A stretch of DNA of 64,000 bases from Callorhinchus milii (Eukaryota). Under the pieces are notes generated by a model. It had not been told where the DNA came from. It ran no database searches and was given only the letters and a program-made list of their open reading frames with translations. The stretch spans positions 50,718,001 to 50,782,000 of the forward strand of contig NW_024704742.1 of assembly GCF_018977255.1 (NCBI RefSeq), read 5' to 3'. Each line of letters starts with the position of its first letter. Within the stretch, counting starts at the first letter, position 1. The translations under genes and the position numbers were made by a program. Positions 55,601 to 64,000 of the stretch are shown piece after piece.

Positions 55601-58600
55601 ATCCCGACCCCCAGTTCGGGTCCGAAATACTGACTGTCCAGAGCCTTGAGACGTTAAAGGTGCTATACAAATGTAATTTTGTTGTTATTGTAAGAAGCAA
55701 CGACAGCAGTGACCAGATGACCTAGAAATTAGACTTCTTTTTAAAGCTGGAATCTATGGTCAGTCTGTAATCTAAGCAAGGCAGTGGTATCCTATTCAGT
55801 GTTTTTGTTTATAGTTCAATAAAACAGAATTTAGCCATATGATATTAAGACACAAATTACAACTTTTTTTAATCAAATATTACGGCTATAAAATAGGCCA
55901 GTTCTAAAGGTGGTAAAAGTATTTTTTTCAAAAAGAAAATCTCTTGCCCCTTACCTTCCTCTTGCACTGATGTCTTTGGCAATCCCGTAATTTGGTACAT
56001 TTTGTTTCACACAGGTACTGTTTGTGGCATGGCATGCATTTTGTGTGCTTCCCACAGCGACACTGCTTTTCTACATCCTGGAAATAAAACACACTAACAG
56101 TCAATAAAACAAGTTTCCCTTTCTTTGTACAGAAAGTCTGACTGCATTTTTTAGGATGTAAAACCTAATCCCAGCATTAGAAAGGAAGGACATTACTGAA
56201 GCTCAGGGGACTTCTAAACTCATGTAAAATCTCACAGATTTCCACGAATGTCCACCTGGACAAAGAAATATTAAAAATATTGTCTGTCTTCTCACCTGTC
56301 GGCAGGTCTCACAAGTGCCTCTGTGGCAGCGCATTGAACATCTATGAAGGCCACACTCAAGTGGTTTATCACAAGTGTCACCACAGGTTGGTATATCCTC
56401 TGTGCAAGGCAGTGTATATTCTGAACAATAAATAAAACACCATTTTAATTTGCAAAGAAAGGTTGTTGTTCCATTGAACAGAACATAAATAAATACAACT
56501 TAACTGGAGAATACTGACAACAATCACTGCAGTCCACAACGTACTATTTATGCATCCCCTGAAAAAACATTGGTGTTATTCATAGAATGGAAGTGTGCGG
56601 AAGGTGCTCTAAAGTTGAAGAATGAAAACAACCCTACAGGTAGGTAGTTAGATGGGCAATTCCGAACATCCTCCACAGACTGAGTTGTCTAGGCAGGATG
56701 ATCTTGCCTACACATATTGGAATTATATTTTTAATTTTTTTACCTTGATGATTACACACCATAATATAAATATTAATTTGATTAATTTAAATAATAATCT
56801 TGCATTTGATATAGGCAGATGAAACACTTAAACATTCATTTAAAATAAAGATAATTCATAAATTATATTATATTGAGAATAAGAGGTAGAAAACAGTTAA
56901 AAGGGACATAGATTCCTTCAAATGTTTTTGGAAGAACATTACTTCTGCATTTGGAAATATGGTATAATCTACTGAAAAGGTGAGAAAACTAATCTGTAAT
57001 ACACTTTCTTGCAGGAATCTTGGTAGACTACAGAGCTTTTACTATACAAATGTTTGAACTGCAACATAAGGGAAGGCTCGTGTGATTGCAGTCTCCCATT
57101 TAACCCTACTGTAAACAGTTTAAAATGGCAAATATTTAATGTCTGCAAATATTTGTGCTTCCTCGGTAACTGGTCACGAAGAGCTAATTAATAAAATGTT
57201 AGGCAGATAAGTAATTGTGAATAGTGAGCTTTATTTCACGCCACGATTCAGTCATTAGTTTTCCTTTTCCAGGCTGTTACCGTCATCCAATCTGTCCTAG
57301 TTTTAGAATTTCAGTGGTTTGTTTCAAAAATGTCAAAGTTACCTTTATTTTAAAAACTTGCTTGTCAGTTTTCTCCCCTCCTGTCCTAAAGGTGTGGATT
57401 CCTTTTTCATCTATTGGAGCACAATTCTACAAGTAACCGTCCAGCACCTCAAAGTAGCCCATTATTTATACAAACCTCGACAGCAAGGTTCAGCCAGCTA
57501 TTTGCCCACAAAGGACCTCCAGATGAGTCACATCTACAGCACAAGATTCAATGATGATCATGAATGGGGAACATAGCTGCTTTATTCATTCCCTAATCTG
57601 ATGTGCTGAGGAAAGCCTCAGTAAAACTGTTAGTGAGATCAATTAAATTGGGTCAGACCAGCAGATAAACCTTGGTGCAGAACTCAGGCACTCAATGACC
57701 TTTGCATAAAATGTGCTGAGTCAGGATGAGATCAATATATGTTTATAAATTATGAGGGAAAAAAATCCAAGAAAACAAAATGCTTAAAAATCAGCCGCAA
57801 CAACTTTCATTTATAGATCACCTTTCATGTAGGATAACATCTTGGGTGTGCAGTAGAAACATAGGGCCAAGCAGGGAAGAGAGGAAGGGAGGTTGATCAT
57901 AGGTGTGGTTGAAGAAATATGCTTCAAGACACGCAAGAGAGATGGGGGGAGTGAGACAGAGGGGTAGGAGGAGGGTTTGCCCTCCAGTAAAGACATCATG
58001 ACAAGGATCACAAAATAACATTCACGTAACATGCTAAAATGTGCAACCAAGTGTCAAAAGCCACCTAAAGTAGTTTGACATCATATCAGTTAACTTCCTC
58101 AATCCCAATGCATCAACTTTACATTTAAAATGAATATACATACTTGATTTTCCACAGGGACAAGCCCTGTATCCTGATCGAGGACAATTTCCACAAAGGC
58201 CTGTGTGGCAGATCATTTCACATGTATGATTACCACAAGACAGTGTTTTTCCACACACCTAAACAGAAATAATTTGAAAATGGATTATTGATAAGTTAAA
58301 ATTTAAAACAAAACACAGAAGCTAGCTATACCCTTTAACATGGAAGTATTGAAATATACAAGTGAAAACAGTGAAATCCACTTTGGTGCGGTCCCAGGTA
58401 TAAAATTATATTAAAAATACAATATTTCCTTCCAAGATTGAAACAATTTAATGTCTGTCCATTCTGCACACCCCTCTCCTTGTACATTACACACTTTCCA
58501 ACAGATTTCAAAGGAAATGGTGGTTCTTTAATGAACTAAATTAACTTAAATGTGTCTTACCTGTTCACATTGCCATTGTGGACTAGCACACAAGCGCTCA

Positions 58601-61529
58601 GTTGTTCTTTTGCCACAAAGACACTTTTGTTTACTGACACGAGGACAGGCTTGGCAATCACCTAAAATGTACAGAAGTTATGAATAGTAAGAACAATCCT
58701 GAGTTCAATCATTATACAATGCTCAGAGGATAACTATTGAACACTTTCCATCACAAAAAGTGTGATGATACTGCAATATCACAATAGTAATAAAATAGTA
58801 ATAAACATGTAATCCATTAATACCAGGAAGTCCTAACTTCTTACTTAGGCACCTCAATTATTGTATTCATAAAATTATCCTTCCCAAATGACAAGAGTAA
58901 CCACAATTCCAACCACTTCACAAAAGGTATCTGTTATAAAAAACAGTATTCAAAGGAATAGTTAAGAGCGTTGTATAATTTAAATATAGATATCAGAGCA
59001 CCTCCATTCAACTCCTACCAATTATCTCAAAGTCAGTTTGCAATAATTAGCATATAAATTATTTAAGATATAATAGACAATAAAGAGAATATTAATTATT
59101 GACAAACATTTCTAGTCCCTGAAAGCATACTGTTTTCTGGATGGGTAATGCAAAAACAAGAAAGTTGCAGGCGTATAAATGAATACAAAGTTTTTATGAA
59201 ATGGGGTTTTGGAGAAAATAAGCAGTGATTTAGTAGACTTTTCTTCCACTTGGGATCCAGATTTAAATCCACCAGGACTGATAAAATGAACGATTTTTCT
59301 GTTGGCTGTAAGGTTGTCACACAAGCCGAGTTTACGCAGTCACAAATCTCCAATTGGGCATGGTTCCACAATACACAAATAATCAGACTTAAAACACACA
59401 AATTTAAACTCAATGACTGCACAAAGGTTTCAGTAATTGCCAAACCAGAGCAGTCACACTGTATGAGTGCAGTCAGTAAACTTCAGTTTGGCAAGAAGAC
59501 AATTTTCTTGCCAAAATGAAGTGGTTTATCTGTAACACGAGTGTCTCATTTCAACAGATTGAGGATGTTTTGGAGGGAAAAGCAGAAACAAAATAAACCT
59601 TAACAGGACATAATATTTCTGCATGTACACTTCTAAGTAAATGTTGTAAGGACAGGTGAGGGGTGCAGCAAGTTACCACATTTCCCTTTCACCTCCATGA
59701 CCTGGATTCAGATCTATCCCAGATTAATGAAGTGAAAGGATTCCCTTGTTATTCTACTCCACAGCACTGGGATCCTTGCTATCATGAGCCCAACAACAAC
59801 AAAAAAAATCACAATACTGAAGGAGCAGTCTTCTTTGAAATGCAGCTATATCTAAAATTTACAATTGCTTTATTAAGCAGGAATTACACTGCAAATCGCA
59901 CGAAAAAATTGCTGAAGGACTTTTAAAGAATTAAAATAGCTGTCTTTGGGTGATTTGGAACTCCTCTCTAAAATACGTCAGGATTTTCAACAAGGCTGTC
60001 TTACCATATCCACCTATTCTAATTGGGAGAGATGTTCGCTTTTCAAACAGATTAAGTGATTCTTCTCAGGGTTTTGAAGGGCAATTTCAGGACAAACGCT
60101 GGGAAGTATTTCTTCGCAAAAGAGGGCAATCAACAACTGGAAGGGTTACCACGAAGAATGGTAGAGGCTAGAACACTGAACCAAAGACAAAGGATATAAT
60201 GGAAAGAACAACAACAAAATTACATTGTATAGCGCCTTTCACGTCAGGAGGAAGTCCCAAGGTGCTGGACAGTCAAGAGTTTCAGATGCGAGCTGGGGTT
60301 CGGTTTCGGGGAGGGTGGAAAGCAGGGTGATCGAAAGAAGGTAGAATGGTGGAATTACATAAGAGTAATACGGCAGAGAAAAAGGCTCTTTGGTTCAACT
60401 AGTTTGTGCTGGCATTCTACAAGGATACTTGCATTCTTCATCTCTGAGAAATAGCCTTCATGGGTGATGTTCTGTGCGCCAGTAAGTTCAATACTTTGTC
60501 ATATCCTATTAATGGGATTTCCCTTTGTAAGAGCACATTATCAATGAATGATCTACTGTTCTACACACTCTTCAATCATATTTCGGGACAACCAAAGTGG
60601 TACTAACAACATTCATAGAATCCTGCTTGACTGTGAAATTTGCCTCCAGTAGGAAAGGTAACACAAAGAACTAAAATAATGACTTGACATCCAAGTCCCA
60701 ACAAGGACAGTAGGGAGTTGCCTGGATATCAATACCATCATTTATTTCTCCTCTGCCTATTTTAAATGAAAAAGTTTGACTCCTCCCATTCCCTCCCTTG
60801 CTCCTCTGATTGACCGCACAACTCCAGCTACTTGGGACTGGCTGGAGTCCGCTGTCAATCACAATTTGACTCCTTCCATCTACATTCCAGAGTCCCTTGA
60901 GGCTGAAGGCTCGACTCACAGAAGACCCGAGTGAGTACATTCAGCGCCGACTAGTGCGGCATTTTTCCTAGATTAACAGGCATATTTAAAACAGGTAAGA
61001 CTACAAATGAATCGGGACTAGGCGTTTTGGTTTACCGACGCATCCGGGGGTAACCGACGTCCAGCAAAAGCAGATTCCACCTTATTTAGATTTGAAGCAC
61101 CAACCTGGATGACATGAGTTTTCACACTTGTGCTGTCCGCAAGATAAAAGTCGTCCACAATACTGCTGACAGGACCATCCCTTAGCACTGCATCGCCGGG
61201 CCACTGGTTTAGCCTTTTCACAATAGCAGGTTACAGAGACCATCTTTGGACATGGTGGGCAAGGACCTAAATCACAAACACTTCTTTAGTTACGTGGCAC
61301 AAGGTTTGAATCATGCAAAACTGTGAAAGCAATTCTAAATATCACTTTACCAGGATGACATAAAAGAAGACACTTATGTCCACATAAAGGCTTGAATTCC
61401 TTGTCACAAACTTGGCCACAGGAATGAGGTACAAGCCACGGATCAGGTGGGGGATCCTCCACTTTTCCACAGTAACAATAACATCTGGTTGGAGTTTGAG
61501 ATGGTTTGTACTCATGCCTACATTTAGGG
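13432..61529 (-). CDS. NFXL1: NF-X1-type zinc finger protein NFXL1; partial gene span (18 3' coding exons; 5' exons lie beyond the window end)
   Basis: The exons splice into one open frame of about 695 aa, from PKCRHEYKP...[21 protein letters not shown] to [19 protein letters not shown] and a TM helix. It is colinear with vertebrate NFXL1 as recalled. Confidence 0.97.
13775..14030 (-). mobile_element. Old Deu-type SINE fragment
   Basis: Degenerate tail (atttgatatagtactttcaca) and body (gccatgggatctttaatg..ctgaac). Confidence 0.55.
15103..15191. repeat. Near-perfect inverted repeat, 43-bp arms and 3-nt loop (MITE-like)
   Basis: ttataacactgacaaccctccccctgggtaggatacatacaga-gat-tctgtatgtatcctacccggggggagggttgtcagtgttataa, with one mismatch. 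Confidence 0.9.
15545..15740 (+). repeat. Fragment of the unclassified repeat also at 8640-8900
   Basis: Colinear shared blocks ctaccc, tccaagtcctgccaa, actggctgg, tactacag and gattctgaca. Confidence 0.55.
16105..16158 (-). CDS. NFXL1: NFXL1 exon (54 bp, coiled coil)
   Basis: ttcag|[18 protein letters not shown]|gtaagt. Confidence 0.93.
17601..17687 (-). CDS. NFXL1: NFXL1 exon (87 bp)
   Basis: tttaag|[29 protein letters not shown]|gtaatg. Confidence 0.92.
19141..19245 (-). CDS. NFXL1: NFXL1 exon (105 bp)
   Basis: tctag|[35 protein letters not shown]|gtaatt. Confidence 0.95.
19590..20430 (+). mobile_element. Decayed L2 LINE fragment with a nested short L2 3'-end insertion (~19938-20012)
   Basis: [31 protein letters not shown]. 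The nested piece ends in (ttg)n and is flanked by a ttccc duplication. Confidence 0.88.
22412..22482 (+). mobile_element. Isolated L2 3' terminus (~70 bp)
   Basis: gtccagcaccttgggacgtcctcccgatgtgaaaggcgctatacaaatgtaattttgatgttgttg. Confidence 0.75.
23700..23995 (-). mobile_element. Old Deu-domain SINE
   Basis: (ATA)n tail, core gtggcagccaatttgcggacagcaatgtcc, and body ttggccgggacaccaggagaaactccc. Confidence 0.7.
28349..29080 (-). mobile_element. 5'-truncated L2 LINE
   Basis: [19 protein letters not shown] on the minus strand; 3' terminus matches the other L2 copies. Confidence 0.92.
29135..29225 (+). repeat. Internally deleted fragment of the unclassified repeat (see 8355-8900)
   Basis: ggtcagctgagtgtctgacgtatgcagaaatcgaaatttccatgtctggaatgga..gcaccctg. 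Confidence 0.55.
29894..30118. mobile_element. Palindromic Penelope-terminus-derived mini-element with two back-to-back hammerhead cores
   Basis: About 90-bp inverted arms centred on cttcatc-a-gatgaag; homologous to 39255-39390; imperfect flanking repeat acaacaaa(aaa)tcatg. Confidence 0.8.
30370..30432 (-). mobile_element. Isolated L2 3' terminus
   Basis: (aac)n aaattacatttgtatagtgcctttcatatcgggaggacgtcccaaggcgctgg. Confidence 0.7.
31638..31944 (+). mobile_element. Full-length tRNA-derived Deu-domain SINE
   Basis: A box tagctcagtggt, B box gttcaattcc, Deu-like core tgtgggacactgctgtgcgcaattggctgcc, L2-like tail and (ATT)n. Confidence 0.88.
32190..32545 (+). mobile_element. Old L2 3' fragment
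   Basis: Degenerate [16 protein letters not shown] coding remnant, followed by an L2/SINE tail. Confidence 0.6.
32798..33107 (-). mobile_element. Near full-length tRNA-derived Deu SINE
   Basis: Reverse complement of the 31638/47712 family. Confidence 0.88.
33165..33306 (+). mobile_element. CR1-type LINE 3' end
   Basis: gagccggcacagacacgatgggccgaatggcctcctcttgcgctgtgtaattctatga resembles CR1 3' UTR ends as recalled. Confidence 0.65.
33430..33499 (-). CDS. NFXL1: NFXL1 exon (70 bp)
   Basis: tttag|(M)[23 protein letters not shown]|gtaata. Confidence 0.93.
33722..33964. mobile_element. Degenerate MITE-like foldback
   Basis: Paired arms cattttgctcatagtttaattttcaaac/gtttgaaaattaaaccataagcaaaatg and taattgcaatttctg/cagaagttgcaatta. 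Confidence 0.65.
34111..34277 (-). CDS. NFXL1: NFXL1 exon (167 bp)
   Basis: tctag|[55 protein letters not shown]|gtaagt. Confidence 0.95.
35748..35888 (-). CDS. NFXL1: NFXL1 exon (141 bp)
   Basis: tttag|[47 protein letters not shown]|gtataa. Confidence 0.95.
36810..37107 (-). mobile_element. Older SINE (SacSINE1/AmnSINE-like head), decayed
   Basis: Minus-strand head gtcagcctggctcaattggtaacactctcgcctctgaatcagaagattgtggattcaagcccc with Pol III box remnants. Confidence 0.65.
37790..38100 (+). mobile_element. Full-length Deu SINE nested in the Penelope element
   Basis: gagtcctgtagctcagtggttagagcacttgccttgcaagcg...aaatgcaaggattatt. Confidence 0.88.
38640..38812 (+). mobile_element. L2 3' fragment nested in the Penelope GIY-YIG region
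   Basis: Ends in ccagcgccttgggacgtcctcccaacgtgaaaggc...(ttg)n. Confidence 0.8.
39838..40197 (-). mobile_element. Deu SINE (possibly two fragments)
   Basis: Tail and core at 39838-40000; tRNA-like head at 40090-40197. Confidence 0.75.
42090..42310 (+). mobile_element. 5'-truncated Deu SINE
   Basis: ccttgggctaatttccttactccaca...gtgcgcaattggctgctgcg...aatgcaagaattattt. Confidence 0.75.
43588..43732 (+). mobile_element. Old Deu SINE 3' half
   Basis: tttgtgggacattgcagtgtggaaattggtggc...gaagcgctttgagac. Confidence 0.6.
44765..45040 (+). mobile_element. Older SINE (SacSINE1-like), decayed
   Basis: ctgagtcagaagatcgtgcgtttaagccc...ggctgacactccagtgcaatactg; same family as 36810-37107. Confidence 0.6.
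45355..45500 (+). repeat. Fragment of the unclassified repeat (see 8355-8900)
   Basis: ggtcaaccggatgtctgacaatgcagaaac..gaggatccaaaccagac..gtctagaatgga..tgcacctg. Confidence 0.55.
45897..45918 (-). CDS. NFXL1: NFXL1 22-bp microexon
   Basis: ttttacag|G TAT TGC CTT GGA AAA CAT GAG|gtgagt encodes (T)YCLGKHE and restores the phase between the flanking exons. Confidence 0.92.
46224..46255. repeat. Perfect 32-bp palindrome
   Basis: ttattgtttgtgattataatcacaaacaataa equals its own reverse complement. Confidence 0.9.
46682..46773 (-). CDS. NFXL1: NFXL1 exon (92 bp)
   Basis: tttag|[30 protein letters not shown](T)|gtatgt. Confidence 0.95.
47048..47371 (-). mobile_element. Full-length young Deu SINE
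   Basis: tRNA-Ala(TGC)-like head, Deu core and L2-type tail. Confidence 0.9.
47712..48040 (+). mobile_element. Full-length young Deu SINE
   Basis: ggagtcctgtagctcagtggttagagcactcgctttgcaagcgagagacctgagttcaattccagg...(att)n. Confidence 0.9.
48671..48830 (-). CDS. NFXL1: NFXL1 exon (160 bp)
   Basis: tctag|[53 protein letters not shown]|gtaagg. Confidence 0.95.
49932..50052 (-). CDS. NFXL1: NFXL1 exon (121 bp)
   Basis: actag|(G)[39 protein letters not shown]|gtcagt. Confidence 0.95.
51005..51335 (-). mobile_element. Old Deu-type SINE
   Basis: Tail gatatagtgtctttcaca..ctcaaagcacttcaca, core ggcagctaatttgggcac, and body gggagtgtcagcc. Confidence 0.65.
52382..52472 (-). CDS. NFXL1: NFXL1 exon (91 bp)
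   Basis: tttag|[30 protein letters not shown](G)|gtaact. Confidence 0.95.
53525..55690 (+). mobile_element. L2 LINE, ~2.2 kb (linker, RT and 3' UTR), with frameshifts and stops
   Basis: [22 protein letters not shown]...[15 protein letters not shown]...MYAD...[11 protein letters not shown]2 3' tail. Confidence 0.93.
55955..56077 (-). CDS. NFXL1: NFXL1 exon (123 bp)
   Basis: tccag|[41 protein letters not shown]|gtaagg. Confidence 0.95.
56296..56420 (-). CDS. NFXL1: NFXL1 exon (125 bp)
   Basis: ttcag|[41 protein letters not shown]|gtgaga. Confidence 0.95.
57812..57985 (-). mobile_element. Old L2 3' fragment
   Basis: Degenerate tail cacctttcatgtaggataacatcttggg, and an LKHISST-like region. 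Confidence 0.5.
58144..58258 (-). CDS. NFXL1: NFXL1 exon (115 bp)
   Basis: tttag|[38 protein letters not shown]|gtatgt. Confidence 0.95.
58561..58661 (-). CDS. NFXL1: NFXL1 exon (101 bp)
   Basis: tttag|(G)[33 protein letters not shown]|gtaaga. Confidence 0.95.
60207..60337 (-). mobile_element. L2 3' fragment, flanked by CR1 remnants
   Basis: (aac)n aaattacattgtatagcgcctttcacgtcaggaggaagtcccaaggtgctggacag. Confidence 0.75.
61105..61266 (-). CDS. NFXL1: NFXL1 exon (162 bp)
   Basis: tttag|(G)[53 protein letters not shown]|gttggt. Confidence 0.95.
61351..61529 (-). CDS. NFXL1: NFXL1 exon (179 bp); most 5' exon in the window
   Basis: tttag|[59 protein letters not shown]|gtaaag; followed by an 84-bp intron. 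Confidence 0.95.
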
Positions 61530-61699
61530 CTAAACAGGAAACAGAATTTCATTGAAACGAATACTGAAAAATGTACAACATTTTGTTTGGCGTCATGCAA
61601 TTTAAAAAAAATTGACTTCATCTAATAAATTATATCCTGTATTACAACAAGCAACAGTGATGTAGAGTTTAGAGAACTGGGAAACTTAAAGGACTAATT

Positions 61700-61905
61700 A
61701 TAAACAGGAAACAAATCTAATGAGCTATTTAACAAAACCACAGATTTGATGAACGCTATTTATATGATTTTCAGAAAGCATTTGATAGTACTGCATGAAA
61801 GCTTATTAGCTAAATATTAAGGCACATGTAGTTCAAGTGAGTATTGTGTCAGGGACAGTAAATCGCGAGATAGAAGGCAGAGAGTTTAAAAGGAGGTGCT
61901 TCTCA
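61700..61905 (+). mobile_element. Decayed CR1 RT fragment
   Basis: Frameshifted IYM-FQKAFD..HESLLAK..KAH motif. Confidence 0.55.
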
Positions 61906-61980
61906 ATTATAGTCTATATTGCCACTGCCTCACTCCTCAGGCTGAAACCCTCATATACGCATTTGTCACCTCAAGGCTTG

Positions 61981-63590
61981 TTTCAGACCAGAGCTGGGGG
62001 TTGGGGATGGTGGAGGACAGAAGGGGAAGCAGGGAGATTGAAAACACGGTTGAAGAGGAGGATCTTGAGATGGATCTTGAAGGAGGCAAGAGAGGAGACA
62101 AGGCGGAGGGACTGTGGGATGGAGTTCCAGAGGGTGGGGGCAGAGTGGCAGGACCACCCGACATTAATGGAGTGAGCGAGGCAGGGGATGTGAAGCAGGC
62201 CGGAGCCCGCTGAGCGGAGGGAGCATGCAAGATGGTAGGGGGTTAAGAGGTTGCAGAGGTTGGGGGGAGCAAGACCAGGGAGGGTTTTGAAGGTGAGGAC
62301 TAGGATCTTGAACTGTATCCTCTGTGTGATGGGAAGCCAGTGGTGTCGGTCGAGGATGGGAGTGATTGAGTCATGGAACTTGATGCGGGAGAGGATATGG
62401 ACTGCAGAGTTCTGGATGATCTGCAGCCTATGGAGGGAGGAGTTGGGGAGGCCAACAAGCAATGAGTTTGCATAGTCAAGCCTCAATGTAATGAAAGCAC
62501 GTATGAGGGTTTCGGCGGCCTGCGGTGTGAGACAGTGACGGAGCCGGGCAATGTTGCGGAGGAGGGGAAGGCAGAGCGGGTCATGGCGCAGATGTGGGGT
62601 AGAAAGGATAGTTGAGGGTCAAACAAAACGCCAAGGTTCCGGACTGGCTTAGCAATGTGGAGTGTGCAACCATGGATGGTGATGCTGTCAGCGCCTGAGG
62701 TGTGGAGGCGCTGACGGGAGCCAATCAGGAGAGCCTCAGTCTTGTTGACGTATAACTGAAGAAAGTTAACTCTCATCCAGGACTTGATGTCTGACAGACA
62801 TTCTGTCAGAATAGCAGTGGTCCTAGAGTCAAGCATGGAGCCAGAGAGGTACAGTTGGGTGCCATCCGCATACATGTGGAAGTTGACCCCACGTCTGCAG
62901 ATTATGTCACCAAAAGGAAGCATTTAGATATTGAAGAGGAGGGGACCCAGGACAGAGCCCTGAGGAATGCTACACAAGACGGTGCGGTGACTAGAGGAGA
63001 AACCATTTGTGGAGATGAAGTGGAGGAGGTGCGAGAGGTACAATCTGAACTAGTCAAGGTCAGAGCCATGAAGGTTGAGGTGAGAGGAGAGGTGGTGGAT
63101 GAGGATAGAGTGGTTGGAAGGCAGCAGAGAGGTCAAGGAGAACAAGGAGAGGAGGCAGAGGGAGCCCTGGTCGCAGATGGACAGAATGTCATTTGTCAAT
63201 TTGACCAGGGCTGTTTCTGCGCTGTGGGCGGCACAGAAACCCAATTGGAGGGGTCGTGAAGGGAGTGTAGGGAGAGGAAGGAGAGAAGCTGGGAAACAAC
63301 AGCTTAATCCTTGTTCCAGGACCTTGGAGAGGAAAGGGAGGTTGGAGATAGGGGGGTAGTTTGGAAGTAGAAATGGATCCGGGAAGGGTTTTTTAAGGAT
63401 AGGAGTGATGACGGCGGTTTTTAATGGGGTGGGGATAGTACCAGTGGACAGGGAGAGGTTTATGATGTCTGTATAGAGGGACAAGGAGGTGGAGCTGGGA
63501 GGTAAGGAGAGGGGTAGGGATGGTGTCGAGGGAGCAGAAGGTCGGTTTCATGCGGGTTATAGTGGTGATGAGAGAGGAGTGGGAGACAGG
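61981..63590 (-). mobile_element. L2 LINE, ~1.6 kb (RT), lacking its extreme 3' tail
   Basis: [13 protein letters not shown]...HSAETALVKLTND...MYADGTQLY...[14 protein letters not shown]. Confidence 0.93.
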
Positions 63591-63892
63591 TCCGCTCACT
63601 CCATTCAGCAGGCTCCATGTGTCACGCCTGACCTGCTCTACCACCAGCAGCAGGGCTTTCAGCCTCTCTGCCCCCACCGCTTGGAACTCCATCCTAGTCC
63701 CTTCACCTTGCCTTCTTCAAGGTACGACTCAAGACCCTTCTTTTCAACTGAGCCTTCAGCCGCCCTCCTAGTTCTCTGCCCTCTTATCCCAACCCTGCAC
63801 CACCACGCTCGGGTCCTTATCCCCAACTGTTCAGCCCCTTGGGACGTTCTCCTGACGTGAAAAGCGCTTTACAAATACAATTTTGTTGTTGT
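63591..63892 (+). mobile_element. L2 3' end (older, opposite orientation)
   Basis: AFSLSAPTAWNSI and the tail cccttgggacgttctcctgacgtgaaaagcgct...(ttg)n. Confidence 0.8.
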
Positions 63893-63939
63893 ATCAGACC
63901 TTGGTTGTACAATGTGTTCATTTTGTATCTTTTGTGGTA

Positions 63940-64000
63940 CTTTGCCCACAAAATATACAGTTGATTCACTTCACAGTATATTCTGTGACGTACTTTGAGA
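63940..64000 (+). mobile_element. Deu SINE tail running off the window
   Basis: tttgcccacaaaatatacagttgattcacttcacagtatattctgtga. Confidence 0.65.

Overview
Vertebrate genomic DNA, AT-rich and repeat-dense. The repeat repertoire (L2 LINEs with (TTG)n tails, tRNA-headed Deu-domain SINEs, CR1 and Penelope relics) suggests a cartilaginous fish, possibly a chimaera; this is inference. The minus strand carries the last 18 coding exons of NFXL1 (61529 to stop at 13432). All introns are GT-AG with consistent phases, giving 2089 nt and about 695 aa of Cys/His zinc-finger repeats, a coiled coil and a C-terminal TM helix. The probable first coding exon of CORIN lies at 2275-2207 (minus), with a cardiac-type promoter motif cluster upstream, matching the known CORIN-NFXL1 synteny. 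The intergenic region holds a solo LTR with intact termini and TSD (10153-11126). Introns hold many LINE/SINE copies and a decayed Penelope element with a GIY-YIG motif. The most notable observations are: TSD-flanked palindromic mini-elements built from the Penelope terminus with hammerhead-ribozyme core motifs; an unclassified structured repeat seen in four fragments; an 89-bp near-perfect hairpin; and inverted L2 copies flanking six NFXL1 exons in a circRNA-type arrangement. Most ORFs in the supplied track are spurious or repeat-derived. Homology calls come from remembered sequences, not from database searches.
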